From contig NC_045696.1 of NCBI RefSeq assembly GCF_009834535.1, positions 71,488,001 to 71,552,000 of the forward strand: a DNA stretch of 64,000 nt, written 5' to 3'. The notes under the pieces were generated by a model. That model made no database searches, was not told the origin of the DNA, and saw only the letters and a program-made list of their open reading frames with translations. Positions 51,766 to 64,000 of this stretch are shown piece by piece; within the stretch, counting starts at the first letter, position 1; every line of letters starts with the position of its first letter. Source of the DNA: Camelus ferus (Eukaryota). The translations under genes and the position numbers were made by a program.

Positions 51766-54700
51766 CTATATGTAAAAAACATGGAAAAATCTTAATTATC
51801 AAAAGTTTTAATTTTTAACTAGTTGGCTAAAGAATTAAGGGACCTCTCCCCTTTTTTAAAAGTCTATGGTAACTGTAATAGCAACATACTTAGCTTAGTT
51901 TCTGGACCTTTTAAAAGAAATTATCACTCTCTTACCACCACCAAGGAGGCCTTTTAAAACATTTTTTTTTCATAATAGCTCCCTCTGATGAACATTTAAT
52001 ACTACAGATATACTGCATATCTGCTTATGTACTGTATATAAATCTGTGCTTTATACGTGAAACAGTGTAATTTTTTTGCCCCACCAAGAACCAATCTTCA
52101 CCCTATTAGGGGCAATATTGCTTGCATTGAGAATTACAGGACTTAGCACAAATGCTCACAATCGTGGATGATGAAAATATTCAAATATTATAAAGCAATG
52201 AAGCTATGAAACTAAAATATTAGGTAAGGAATTTTTAGACTGTGAAATCTTTGAAGGCAGGGCCTATCTTTTACAATTTAGTCCCTACAGTGCCTAGAAA
52301 AGTACCTGATACATAATGAACTCTATACTGTATGTTTCAAAGAACTTTCATGTACATCTTCTTTTCATAAATATAAGGAAGGTAGGCAAATAAATATCTT
52401 TCTATAATAGATGAACTAATCAACATGCCATTTATTAAATCACTTATAAGCCAAATAATCCATTAAGCATCATGAGATAAAGAAGAAACTTTTAACCTAT
52501 AGAAACTCTCCAAGTTTAATATCCACATTCTTTTAATGGACAGCCATCATCAACCCTTCTCTCCCTCCATATCTAATTAACTATTAAGTCCTACTGAGCC
52601 TTCTTTCACAGCATCACTCACATCTGTCCCTTCCTTTTGTTTCCCATTGCCACTATCCTACCTTGGGGTCCATATCATTTCATACTTCTCAAGCTCTTGG
52701 CCTCCACTCTTGTACTCACTCTTTAAACCACAGATTGATCTTCCTAAAACACTTCATCAACTCCTTTTAATAGTTCAACAGTGAATGCCTAAGGGTCAAG
52801 GCTAAACTTTACACACTATCATTCAAGTCTGTCCACAATCTATCTTTCCATGCTCTTCCAAATTTCCTCAGCAGCCAAAACTATTTCAATCTTGCATTTC
52901 TCATGTTATTTTAAAACAATCAGTTGGTGGGTCTGTTCTCCCAACATCATGCATCTTAGAGAAGTTAAGTAGCTTATTCAAGGTCACGCAGCTAGAAGGG
53001 GTATAGAAACTGCGGTACAACGTACCAATTAAGTATGTAGTTTTGAAGTCAGGAGAGGCAGGGTCCGTATCTAGCTCTGCCACTCAAGTTAAGACCCTGC
53101 TTGGGCAGTTTACCTATCCTCTCTGACTCAGTCTTAACTTCCTCAATTTAAAAATGTAGACAATAATAGTACCTACCATACAATGTAATTTTGAGGATTA
53201 AACTTTAATACTACTTCTCTGCATGAAGAAACTAAAAATATACGCTGTGAGTCTCAAGATAAAAGGCCTCTAGATTAAGAAAACCTGAGCTTTTGCCCCT
53301 GCTTTATCACTTCCTGTGCAACACTGGGCAAACGACTTGATCTCTCTGGACTCAGTTTCTTTGTAAACTGAAAAAGTTACATTAAGCATTCTCTAAGATT
53401 CCTTTTTGCTCTGACTATATTCCAAACCATCCTATGTTTCCCTAACAGAGAGCATTTATAACTTTAAATGACTTTATAGGTTTGAATTCAGACTATACTA
53501 TAATTTTTAGGATAATAGTTTTCCATGAATTGAGTACTTGCTATGTAAGGCAGGAAGGATTCCCTTTATTTCTTGAGTTAGTGCTTCCTGGTTTTGGGTA
53601 TATTCAAGTCAAAAATACTAACATTTGTCAAATAAATTTGTGTTCATCAATCCATTTATGATATTTGAGACATCAGTGATTTTAATTTGCCTTTGTATGT
53701 CCAGATAAAATGACTATAATGTTTTTAGTCAGACCTCATCTCTTTCTAACCCCTTAGTTATTTTAGCTGTCCCTGTCCAGTAATATTTTGTCATTCTTGA
53801 GGTATAGCTACCAAAACCATATATAATATAGTAGGTACTAACAAACCAGTGGTTTTTAGAAAATATTCTGTATTAGTATTTTATTTCCATTACATCTATC
53901 TCAAGGTCTTCATTATTTCACTGGTGTTGTCGACAGCAGCAGCACACTAGATCAATACCCTTAGGAATTAACAGTAGCTTTCAAACTGTACTTTAGTATT
54001 CCATGGACTAGAGATTTCAAGAAGCATCTGTTGGGGGCAAGGGGAGGGAATGAGAACTGATAGAAGGCTGAGTGGGAAGGGTTCCTGGCATCATCTGTTT
54101 CAACAAGAGCAGTTCTGCTTTCTCATTGGTGGCTCTAAAATGTCTTCATGGGAGGACTTAAGAGGCAGCAAAGTTTTTAGAAGGGGGTACTAGGGGACTG
54201 GTCAAAAATATATGTGGGATACACCCAGTATCTTGTGATAACCAATACTGGAATATAACAAATGAACAAACAAAGCCCTAAAATATGAATCACTAACCTG
54301 TACACTTGGAACTAACACAATACTGTAAATCAACTATACTCCAAAAAAAAAAAATGTGCAAGCAAGTGTGCTGTTTTCACTTAGATTGCTCATTAATTTT
54401 GAGATGGCTTTCAAGGAGCTGATACAGATGGAGGCACGGAAAGGTTAAAGAGTCCAAGTTAGCCCTTGGTACACTGCTGTATTCTTATCTGTTCTATGTA
54501 AGGCTTTTTATATTAGATTTAACTTCAAAGAAGGGTGTAGTTGCTCTTAAAAAGTTTGGAAGCCACTAGTCCACAAGTGATTCTCAAGTTTGTAAGAACA
54601 GTGAATGGTTCAGAATCAAATTATTGGTTTTTTTAAATATTCATTAGCTGCAGCCAATAAGAAGTTTGCTTTAAATTATGTTGGTGAGTTTATCTTAACA

Positions 54701-55100
54701 CTTACTTGTTTTGTCCCTACCTGTACAAATAAATAAGATAAAATAATATCACTCTAGATAAATATATCTTGGCCTGACTGCTTGGATTAGACATTGGCTT
54801 GTTTTTGTACTTGATGTAACTCCTTCATTTTCCAATGCTTCTCAGGCATTTAGACTCCAGTGGTGCATGAGAAGAGAAATGTGCTGCACTGCTACAAATT
54901 CCAAATTGGGAGAACAAAATATCCATTCAAAAGTACAGTGTCAAACTGTTTATATCTTCAGTTTATGTACTGAGGTTAGAAATGGAAGGAAATACAGTCT
55001 GAATCCAAAACACCCAGAGGGTGAGTAAAATGAAGGATTCATCTGTGGTATTTATTCTGGACATGTACCAGTAATAAGAATAAAAAGTGGTTTCTCTTAC

Positions 55101-55219
55101 TTTACCAAGGAGGACAGCCATTTTGTGACGCCATCGGCCTTTATTTAGAGAAGCAACTCTGATCCAAATATTTAACTGCGAGTTATAAATCCAGACATCA
55201 CGGCCATTGATTCTTCCAC
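55101..55219 (-). CDS. KLHL24: KLHL24 exon, (G)GRINGRDVWIYNSQLNIWIRVASLNKGRWRHKMAVLLGK
   Basis: 119 nt, AG/GTAAGA boundaries; phase matches the upstream exon. Confidence 0.96.
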
Positions 55220-56144
55220 CTTTAAATGCAAAGCAATGCACATACACTAATATGTATACCACCAAGGGATCTATGCCAAAGGTATAGATAATGAAAACAA
55301 TGATTTATTCATCCAGCCAAGAATTCGAGGGTTCAACTCAATAAATTAAGCAAGGACCTTCTTAAAGCTAAATAAAAATAGTTCTACAGAGCAGATTTAA
55401 CTTTGTCAGCTGTTATCTCAAGAAATAATTTTATGCCCCAAATAATAAAAGGCAGATTATGAATTTTACAAGTACGTAAGATTTTTCATTTAGGAGTCAA
55501 ACAAGAGAAGCACCCAAACAACAGAATTATTCTAGAAAAAATTTTAAAAATCATCCATTTTTTAAAAAGCATACTATTGTACAGTGGTTCAATGTGTAGT
55601 AAAATAGTAATCTGCAAAGCTGGTAAAATTATTTAACTAATTAACAAATTTCAGACCATGGATACTGTAGTTATACTTTATATAAGTCTGTCACTTTACT
55701 ATCTATTTGATTTTAGAGGTAACATTACATATTGTAAAAAAAAAAGTTCAAGTTAAGAATTTTAAGGAAATTTCTATTTCATAAACTTTGGGGAGAATTT
55801 CAGTAAACATGGGTGAAGATGCTTAATTCTGAGTACTTTTTCACTTTGCACACTTTACTGTTCCTTAAACAAGTAAAACTTTAAAAAATTATGCCATATT
55901 CTATATGCATTTGAGAGCACTTAAAATATGGCATGGTTTAAGGCATTTTCTGATGAATCTTTTGAAATCATTCTGCATCATCCTGTGCCTGTTTTTAAGG
56001 ACAAAAAGTCATTTGTTTTATAATCTGATCTACCTAGAGTGGGTATATCCACTTTCATTGTTTCCTTTTGAGACACTGTTATGGTTTAAAATAGCCGAGC
56101 TGTGTTTAAATTAAAAGCAGCTACTGTAATAATTCTTTATTTAC

Positions 56145-56329
56145 CTGAAACAAGAATGTCATTCCTTAGAGCACAGACCGCATACTCTGATTTGGTAAAT
56201 TCTGGAAGCTTAGCCAAAGACTTCCACTCTCCTGTCACAGGATCATAACACTCAGTGTAGGGAAGATTAAATCCTCCAACTCGTTCACAGCCTCCAACGA
56301 CAACTATCACCTCAGAATAGCCAGTTGAC
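56145..56329 (-). CDS. KLHL24: KLHL24 exon, (R)STGYSEVIVVVGGCERVGGFNLPYTECYDPVTGEWKSLAKLPEFTKSEYAVCALRNDILVS
   Basis: 185 nt, AG/GT boundaries, first Kelch repeat. The BTB/BACK exon lies beyond the window end. Confidence 0.96.
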
Positions 56330-59300
56330 CTAAAATAATTATTATAAGAATGCACAAATAATAAATTAAAATACACTCAAAATTATTTAAAATTCTAAAA
56401 ACAAAATGTTGGGTGGTCACTAAAAATGTTAATAGAGTTTATAACAAAGAATGGTAAAGGAAAAAAGCAAGATGAAAAATTGTAAAGAAGGTCTGATCAA
56501 TAGTATGTAAGTAATGTGTCTGGAGAGAACATACCAAAATGCTAATGACAGTTTTCTCTGAAGTGTGGCTTCCTCCTTTCTATCAACACAAATTTTCAAA
56601 ATGATGATGGACTACTTTTAGAGTGAAAAAGACAACTTTTAAGAGCACTAAGGGAATACTAAGGTTTACGTTAATCACTGGCTTCTTTTACTTTGTACTT
56701 TAAATTTAAGATAGAGACAGGAAAAACCAAAAGCTATCCCAGCCTTTTCTTTTTGTTCCTAAGACTCATGGAAATGAAAAAGTCTTGTAATTGTGTTTTA
56801 TGGGTGCTACAATTTTAAGTCCCTCAAAGACAAACATAACAATCCCCCTTCTCTTACTTAAATGGGGAGAGCAAAAAGACCACATCAGAAAACTGATTTG
56901 TAGCTTTAGTCAATGTGACAGTTTATAACTACACTAGAAAAAAACAAAATTAACCAACATTGCTGTATCCCTTTAACAGAGCTGCTATACTACACTTAAT
57001 CGCAGCTATTCCAACTAACGATCATTCACCTGGTCCATGCCAGGCATACCTTTTCCTTTATAAAATCAGAAATACATATTGTAGAAAAGAATTTTGTTCA
57101 CAGATGCAACAAAAATTACTTTTAGGAACCCAGCAAATTATATAATCCTAACTCATCATAGAGTAAAACAGAAGGACTCAAATATCATCAATAATATTAT
57201 TTTCAAAATTATTCCAAAATGAAAATATTAAAAGTAAATAGTGGATAGCACCGGACGCTTAGTAGTATAACTAATTTATCCTCCTTTCCTTAGAAGTATT
57301 ATTTCCTAAAATCTCACTTAAAATACTTCTAAAACAAACCCAGGTGATAGTTTTCAGACTTATCTTATTGATTGAACAAAACCAAAAATTGCTAAATAAT
57401 GTCACTGGGGTTCAATCACTCCTAATTGTTTTAATAGAAAATCAAGGTAATTACTACATGGAACTTTGATAGAATTTTGCTTTATACTTTACTTATAGCA
57501 TTTTACTTGTTTTATACTTTCCCTTTGCTTGAACTTGCTTGATTGCTTTTTTCAAGACTTTTTTAGCCCAATGAACATATACTATCTGTTCTGTACCTTG
57601 GAACAAGAAGAGAAAACAGCACAAAAAGCTAACAGCTAAAACATTTAGTCCCACTAAATAAAGGCTATGTGTATTTATCTGAAAGGATCAGCAAACTAGT
57701 AGTTTTTCCTCCGCTGAAGGTCTTATTTGCAATGAAATGGCTTTTAACTTAATTAGAGACAAGTCTGGTGTTCTCATTAGAGACTAACTCAATAAAATTG
57801 TTATTTCTATTTCTTGAGCTTAGAAAAATACTTATCTCAGGCAGGAAAATGATTGCCTTAAAGGAAGTGAGTTGCTGTAACTGATAATGGTGACCAGAAT
57901 AAAAAGGCAGCCAAGATGATACTATAGAATGAATAAAATTCTGAATACCTATGTAATCTATTTTTTAGAGTGAATGTTACTTTATTTTATTAATCTTTTA
58001 AAGTAAAAATTATGATTTTCCACTATTACAAAACAAAAAATATTTGCTGCTTTAGCATACGTCTCATCATTTGTTCCCAGGAAAGTGTGGCAAGCAAATT
58101 ATTTTTTTTCTACAATGGTAAACATTTAAAGAAAGTCATCATTCTCTTTTATCATAAATTTGAGAAAAGATCAAAGATCACAGTCTTCGATTTATGTAAA
58201 AGATAAAATAATTATAACTCCACAGGACATTCTAAACCAAATCAACAAACTGTATAGCAATTACCAGGTTCAGTTAAGAATCTCAAAAGGTAAAATACAT
58301 GACTTGCTAGCTGAAAACAGACCTTCTTATCATCAATGCGAAATATGCCAGAGAGAGATGAACTGCCAAACTAACTTTTATCAACAAAAAGGGGTCAAAA
58401 GGTGATTCTGGTTAATAAGAAAAATAACTGAATATATTAAAAAAAAACACAATAAGAAATGTTTCCATATAGTGAGAAGTTGGAAGGGAAAAAGGAGAGG
58501 TGTTAGTGATATAGTCTATTTACCATTCCAAGACTCAAAAATATCTGAAAACTAAGCCATCAAACCAAAATAATGAACTCAAACAGAGATATGAGACTTT
58601 TAAGTCCTAAAGAGACTGAATAGCTTTCTACTCTGCAGGATGTGACAGTTACTAAACTCCATGTATTAAGTATATATCAAAAGAGGGGCTTGGTCAGCCC
58701 TAGCAGCAATACATAAGTGAATGAACAAATGAATGAAAGAGTAAATAAATAATCACAGACACATTTTTTGTGTCCATTCAAGTTACTGTCTAAAGGAAAA
58801 AACCTTGGCTAAGCTAACTTGAACATTACTATTTCTTTGGTAAGAATATTTTATGGTGGGTGAGACCTTCTCAAGCTATACTAGCTGAGAGGACTCTAGT
58901 TCTAAAGATCTCCTAGCTCCCTCTGTTTGGATTCCATTCTTGCCAAACAACCTTTGAAAACTCTGGCTTCCCAACTGGTGACTTGCTCATAGTAAGAGAA
59001 TATGCTGGACAGGTTGACCTAATATCTAGTCTTTTTGACAGTTCCATTTCTTATTGTAAATAAATCTATATAAACTAAAAGATAAGTTAATTGGTCTCTC
59101 ATAATTAACATTAAATCTGCCCCTAATCTGCCCTTAATAATCTGATCTATTCTTACTGTAGCAAAAAAAAAAAAAAAGTTTCTGAGCCTAGAGGAATCAC
59201 TGTCATGGTTCATCATTATAAATGACCCCTTAAGAGGCTATGCCAGCCACAAACCTTATGGCTTTGTAAACTTTGTAAGGACAAGTTTCAGCTTGTGTGG

Positions 59301-60269
59301 TAAGGCTTTCCACCTGAAACTGAACAGGCAGAATGGGTTCTATAAGGGAATGGCTGTACTGATCCAAAGATTCAAAATGTTTACTCTTGAAAATCAGCAG
59401 TTAACTAAGAATTTATTATCAGGAACTAATCACAGATATGCTTAAATAGCCACAAAGGTCTTCATCTCACTTACTAGTAAAAAATCAGGAAGAGTTTAAA
59501 TGTGGGTGGGATGGTTATGTGCTATACTGTAGCTTCATATCAAGAAAATACGTTTACCGTAACAGCAGACTATGAAATAGATTACAACTCTGTGAAAGAA
59601 ATAATAAGTTCGTAGACAATAAAAGAGAAGAATGAAGTCAAGTGCCACAGTGTTACCTCTTGGAGATAGGAATATAGGTGTTATTTTTTATCTCCAATTA
59701 ACCATAAATCACTCTATCCCCTCCTCTTTACCTCAAGTTAAGAAAGAATAAAGGAAAAAAAACATATCTTAGTATTAATAGACACTACTGGGTTGTCTGC
59801 TCTTACATATTGGACAAGAATTTCAGCTACTACTTTTCTGCTACATGATCCTGCTCCCTGGCCAGAGGTAACTGTCCAGAGAAGGTTGTCTAGCTGAATC
59901 AGAGATTATCTCCCTACACGAGAGGGAGAGATTTTATCTCCCTGAGTGACTGAACTTGTAATATAGAGACCCCCAAACCCATGAGTGGCTATATTCAGCC
60001 AGACTAGTGAGAGGGAATGATGCAGATATGCAGAGAAAAGCAGAGGCAGGAGGTAGAGAGAGGGCACAGCTTGGTTTCTGATGGCTTTTCAGTAGCCTAT
60101 TCTAGTCTTCTTGGAAGTCCTGTTGAATTTCTGCCCTTAGGTTCTTCAAGATAATGACTTCCTGTACCCTTTAAATACACTTATCTCCCTTCTATGTTTA
60201 CACTGATGAGCTGGTTTTAATTACTTGCAATCAGAATTCTGATATACTAGAGTTCAATGAATTGCAGGA

Positions 60270-60960
60270 AAAAACCAACCTACAAATGGTTTTCCAACTT
60301 AGGAAAAGATGCTCAACCTTCCACATTAAAGAAATGCACATTAAAATTATGAGATGCCACTTCACTTTCCAGAAAGATTTACAAAAATAATGATGCGCTG
60401 TGTCCAGCAAAGCAGCAGAGAAATAGGGGTTTTCATATTTTTGAATGAAGTATAAACTGAAGGGCAATTTTTACAACATCTACCAAAATTTAAAATGCAC
60501 ATATCCTATGACTGAGCAATTCCACTTCTAGTAATTCATGCTATAAATTATCAGACACATATACAAGAATATTCACTGAGCATTATCTGCAATGAAAAGA
60601 TCTGGAAACAACCTAAACGTCCATCATTAAGAGATGGATTAAATAAATGATGGCACCTATATGTGGGGTACTATACATCTTTTAAAAAACAATGAATTTG
60701 AAATTTTCCATAATAAAAAGTAAAAAAAATAAAAGAATGAAAACCTATATGTGCTGATATAGAACAATCTCCAAGATACTTTTAAGTGATTGACAAGATG
60801 CAGAACTGTGAGTAAAGTATACTACCATCTATATAAAAAACAGTGGGGATGTATACGTGTGTACACACGTACACACACACCCACCCACCCACCCATCCAC
60901 CCACTTATATATGCAAAGAATGTAACAGGGAGGTATCCTTTGGGAACGAGAACTGACATA
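60270..60960 (+). mobile_element. Old L1M 3' fragment
   Basis: 'gcaattccacttctag' and 'ggaaacaacctaaacgtccatca' motifs. Confidence 0.7.
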
Positions 60961-63900
60961 TCAAGGGTTAGGCAGAGGAATATTTACATGTATATAGTAC
61001 TTTTATGTAAAAATGAGTTCAAAATAATAATGAACTAACGTGTAAAAATGGTAAACCACGCATCCGATGATATAGGAGATCAACACTCTTAAGAAGGACT
61101 GAAACAAAAATTCAGAACACTGAGTTCTAAAATATTATTTCTTAAAAAGTCTTAACCTTAGTCTTCTCATTGATTTATTCAATAGCAACTTGAACCTTGT
61201 CGTCATTATGGTAATTAGGTTCCTATTTTCATTATATAGTAACGGATTATTATCATAAGCGGTAGTAGAAAGTATTAGGAAAGACAAGTACTTAACCAAT
61301 TCAATTAAACTCAAAATGATGAACTTATTAAATCCTAGCCAACTCTATTGCTTAATGGAGTGTGGCAAAGATTTTTTTCCATAGATATGAACAATTCATG
61401 CTTAAAATAAACCATTTGATAGCTAACATTTCTGTCTCTCAAACCACATTTCCCATTCTGTAAAAGGATAGCAAAAATTTAAATGTATTTTGATTATCCA
61501 TGAAACCAGCAATAATTTTTATTAAGCATTTTTGTGTCAAATACTAGGTTATGCATTTTTCACATGGTATTTCTAACCCTCACAACAATCTTACAAAGTA
61601 TATGGTATTATGCTTATTTTACAGATTAAGAAACTGACACATAGAGAAGTTAAAGTGCTCCCAAGGTCAAAGAATTAACTAGTTACATAGAGCCAGATTC
61701 TAGTCTAGGCCTATCTGATTCTGAAGCCAGTACTCAAGACGACATGAGGCTTGCACTTTGTTTATTAAAAACAGTATTATACATTAGTATAGAGATTTAA
61801 AGTTGCAATAATATATATTAATAAAAAGACAAGTATTCCTAAACTTTACTTCTTCTGTGACTGGTCTCCACTATTTTTTCTTTATGTATCTAAGGTTTAC
61901 AACTGGCAAAGCAGATTATTAAAGCTTTCATGGTCTTATGTCCTATAATATATCCCCTTTCTAGGAAATTGCCATCACACTGTTTTTAATATAATGTACC
62001 TTGGGGTTTTCTCTGTCATTTAAGAGACACATGGGTATGTATAGGTACACTACCCAGTATGAATTGAACTCTGGAGAATATCTGGCACAGGATAAACACT
62101 AAAGAAACACTGGATGATGTGAGGACTATAACTCAACTGTACAGTGGTGGGATCAGACTGTCACTGCCCTAATCCAGAGCTAATCTTTGCATCACTAGTA
62201 GTGAAACAATCAGATATGCTGTATCTCCTAATGTGATGCAACGAGATACTTACATTACTTAGAATGAATTCTAGCCAAAAATATTTAACTTGTCTCCATT
62301 GACCTGAAGCTTGTCGAGCTAACTTTGTTTTCAGGATACATAGCTTAATGCAGCTAAGTGACAGCATAATGAAGTAAACAGACTAATACAGAAGGTGGGA
62401 TATTTTCCTGGACAACATGCCCATCAACAAGTCAGAATCGTGAAAAAGAAACTGTTTCGGAACGAGAGACTTCATGGAAATAACCAGATGCAATGAGTGG
62501 TCCTGGACTGGATCCAGATTCATCAAAGAACAGTTTGGAAAAGATTGGGGAAATATGAATATGGATTGTATATTAAATAATATGAAAGAATTATTCTTAA
62601 CTTTGAGATGTTATTTTGCCTATGTTACTGTTTTAAAGATGCATCTACTATATATATTTATATATATTATATATATAAAGTATGTGTGTATATATGTGTG
62701 CATATATATAAATATAATCTTAAAAAAACCATTGGCTGAATGAATGAATGAATGAAAGAACAAGTCAGGGCTGGAGACAGAGGTTTGATAGTCAATAGCA
62801 TGCACAGTAATCAAAACCAGGACAACAGATGAGATCATCTAGGAAAGTATTAGGCAAGACAATGAGATGTGAACCAAGGGGAATATCAACATTTCAAAGA
62901 CTAGATAAAGAACCATTGAATTGAAAAAGAGTAGCTGGAGAAGGGGACCATGAGGGAAATGGTATCCCAGAAGCTAATGGAAGAGTTTCAAGAGGGATTA
63001 AAGCAGAGCACCTTAAGGATTATTGGATTTAATAGTTTCAATGGCAAAACCATAATGAAGTAAGTTACTATTTATCATCATTCTCATTTTACATATGAGG
63101 AAATGGATTAAATTTTGCTTTATCCAAACTAGTGTACATTTTAAAGACATGCTATCTCACAATATGCTGAATTTTAATCACACTCCAAAATAATGATAAT
63201 CAAAATCAACGTTAAAAATGTGGTTTGAGAGCAATGCTACAGTAAATTTATAGGAAAAGTAGAGATTGTGTGGGAAAATAAACATCAGTTTCACAACAAT
63301 GTGAATATATTTACTACTGAACAGTACACTTAAAAAGGGTTAGGATGGTAAATTTTGTTATGTGTTTTTTACCACAAACACAAAAAGTCAGTTTTGTTAG
63401 AAAGATATTTAAGATTCTTTACTATAATATTTCTCACAATAGCCATTTTTTGCTCACAAGAAAATGTTTACTATTACTCCTTCTATTACTAAGGCATAGA
63501 GATTATTTTTCTATAGCTTATGAATTAAAATCTATAGGCTTTTTAAATCCAGTAACTGTGGCAGTAAGAAAGATCTGAAACCTGGGTTTTACATCGTAGG
63601 ATCCACTCAGTCTATACCAGCTTACTTACTTCACCTCTATATTTCATGTTGTTGGTTAGGAAAAAGGTTAGTCTGTAAATGTGCAAATTGCTTTTTATAA
63701 GTAGAGGCAGTCCAGCAGAGTCTAATAAAATCTTTAGTTCCTTTATATCCAAAGACCCTTCGGAAAGAAAAGTGGAATGATTTGGGACCCTATAAAGGTT
63801 AGGAAAAATTAGAAGAAATAGTTTGAAAAATGCATAGTTGCAAAGACCCTTTGAAATACCCTCTCATAGCTCAGAAAAACAGTGTAACAAAACATGCTAC

Positions 63901-64000
63901 TGTTGAATCTAGTCTTCACTGGGAGAGAAATGCTAATAATTTATAATCTAAAACAAATCTTAAATTATATAAAGTCACATGTAGACGATACATATAAATG

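Noticed and set aside
1..64000. CRISPR arrays, rRNA, true tRNA genes
   Set aside because: None seen; the tRNA-like boxes belong to SINEs.

Overview
Mammalian genomic DNA, probably a camelid (judged from a SINE and an L1 3' end; moderate confidence). Two genes lie on the minus strand: the 3' half of KLHL24 (five Kelch-repeat exons, 56329->44859, with a ~4.8 kb 3' UTR) and the 5' end of YEATS2 (CpG-island promoter ~22.4-23.0 kb; coding exons 6368-6269, 3266-3169, 2662-2570). The rest is mostly L1, L2, LTR, DNA-transposon and SINE repeats. Main unexpected signal: non-repeat parts of YEATS2 introns 1, 2 and 4 translate, with many stops and frameshifts, into a collinear series of matches to a mononegavirus L polymerase, aligned here against filovirus L. 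The matches run from the N-terminus through RdRp motifs A-D and the PRNTase HR motif to the methyltransferase domain. This putative endogenous viral element is interrupted by old eutherian transposons. Its RdRp core is inverted and displaced into intron 2, and YEATS2 exons 2-4 sit between its pieces. All viral alignments were made by eye against Ebola virus L recalled from memory (residue numbers approximate) and need tBLASTn/HMM confirmation.
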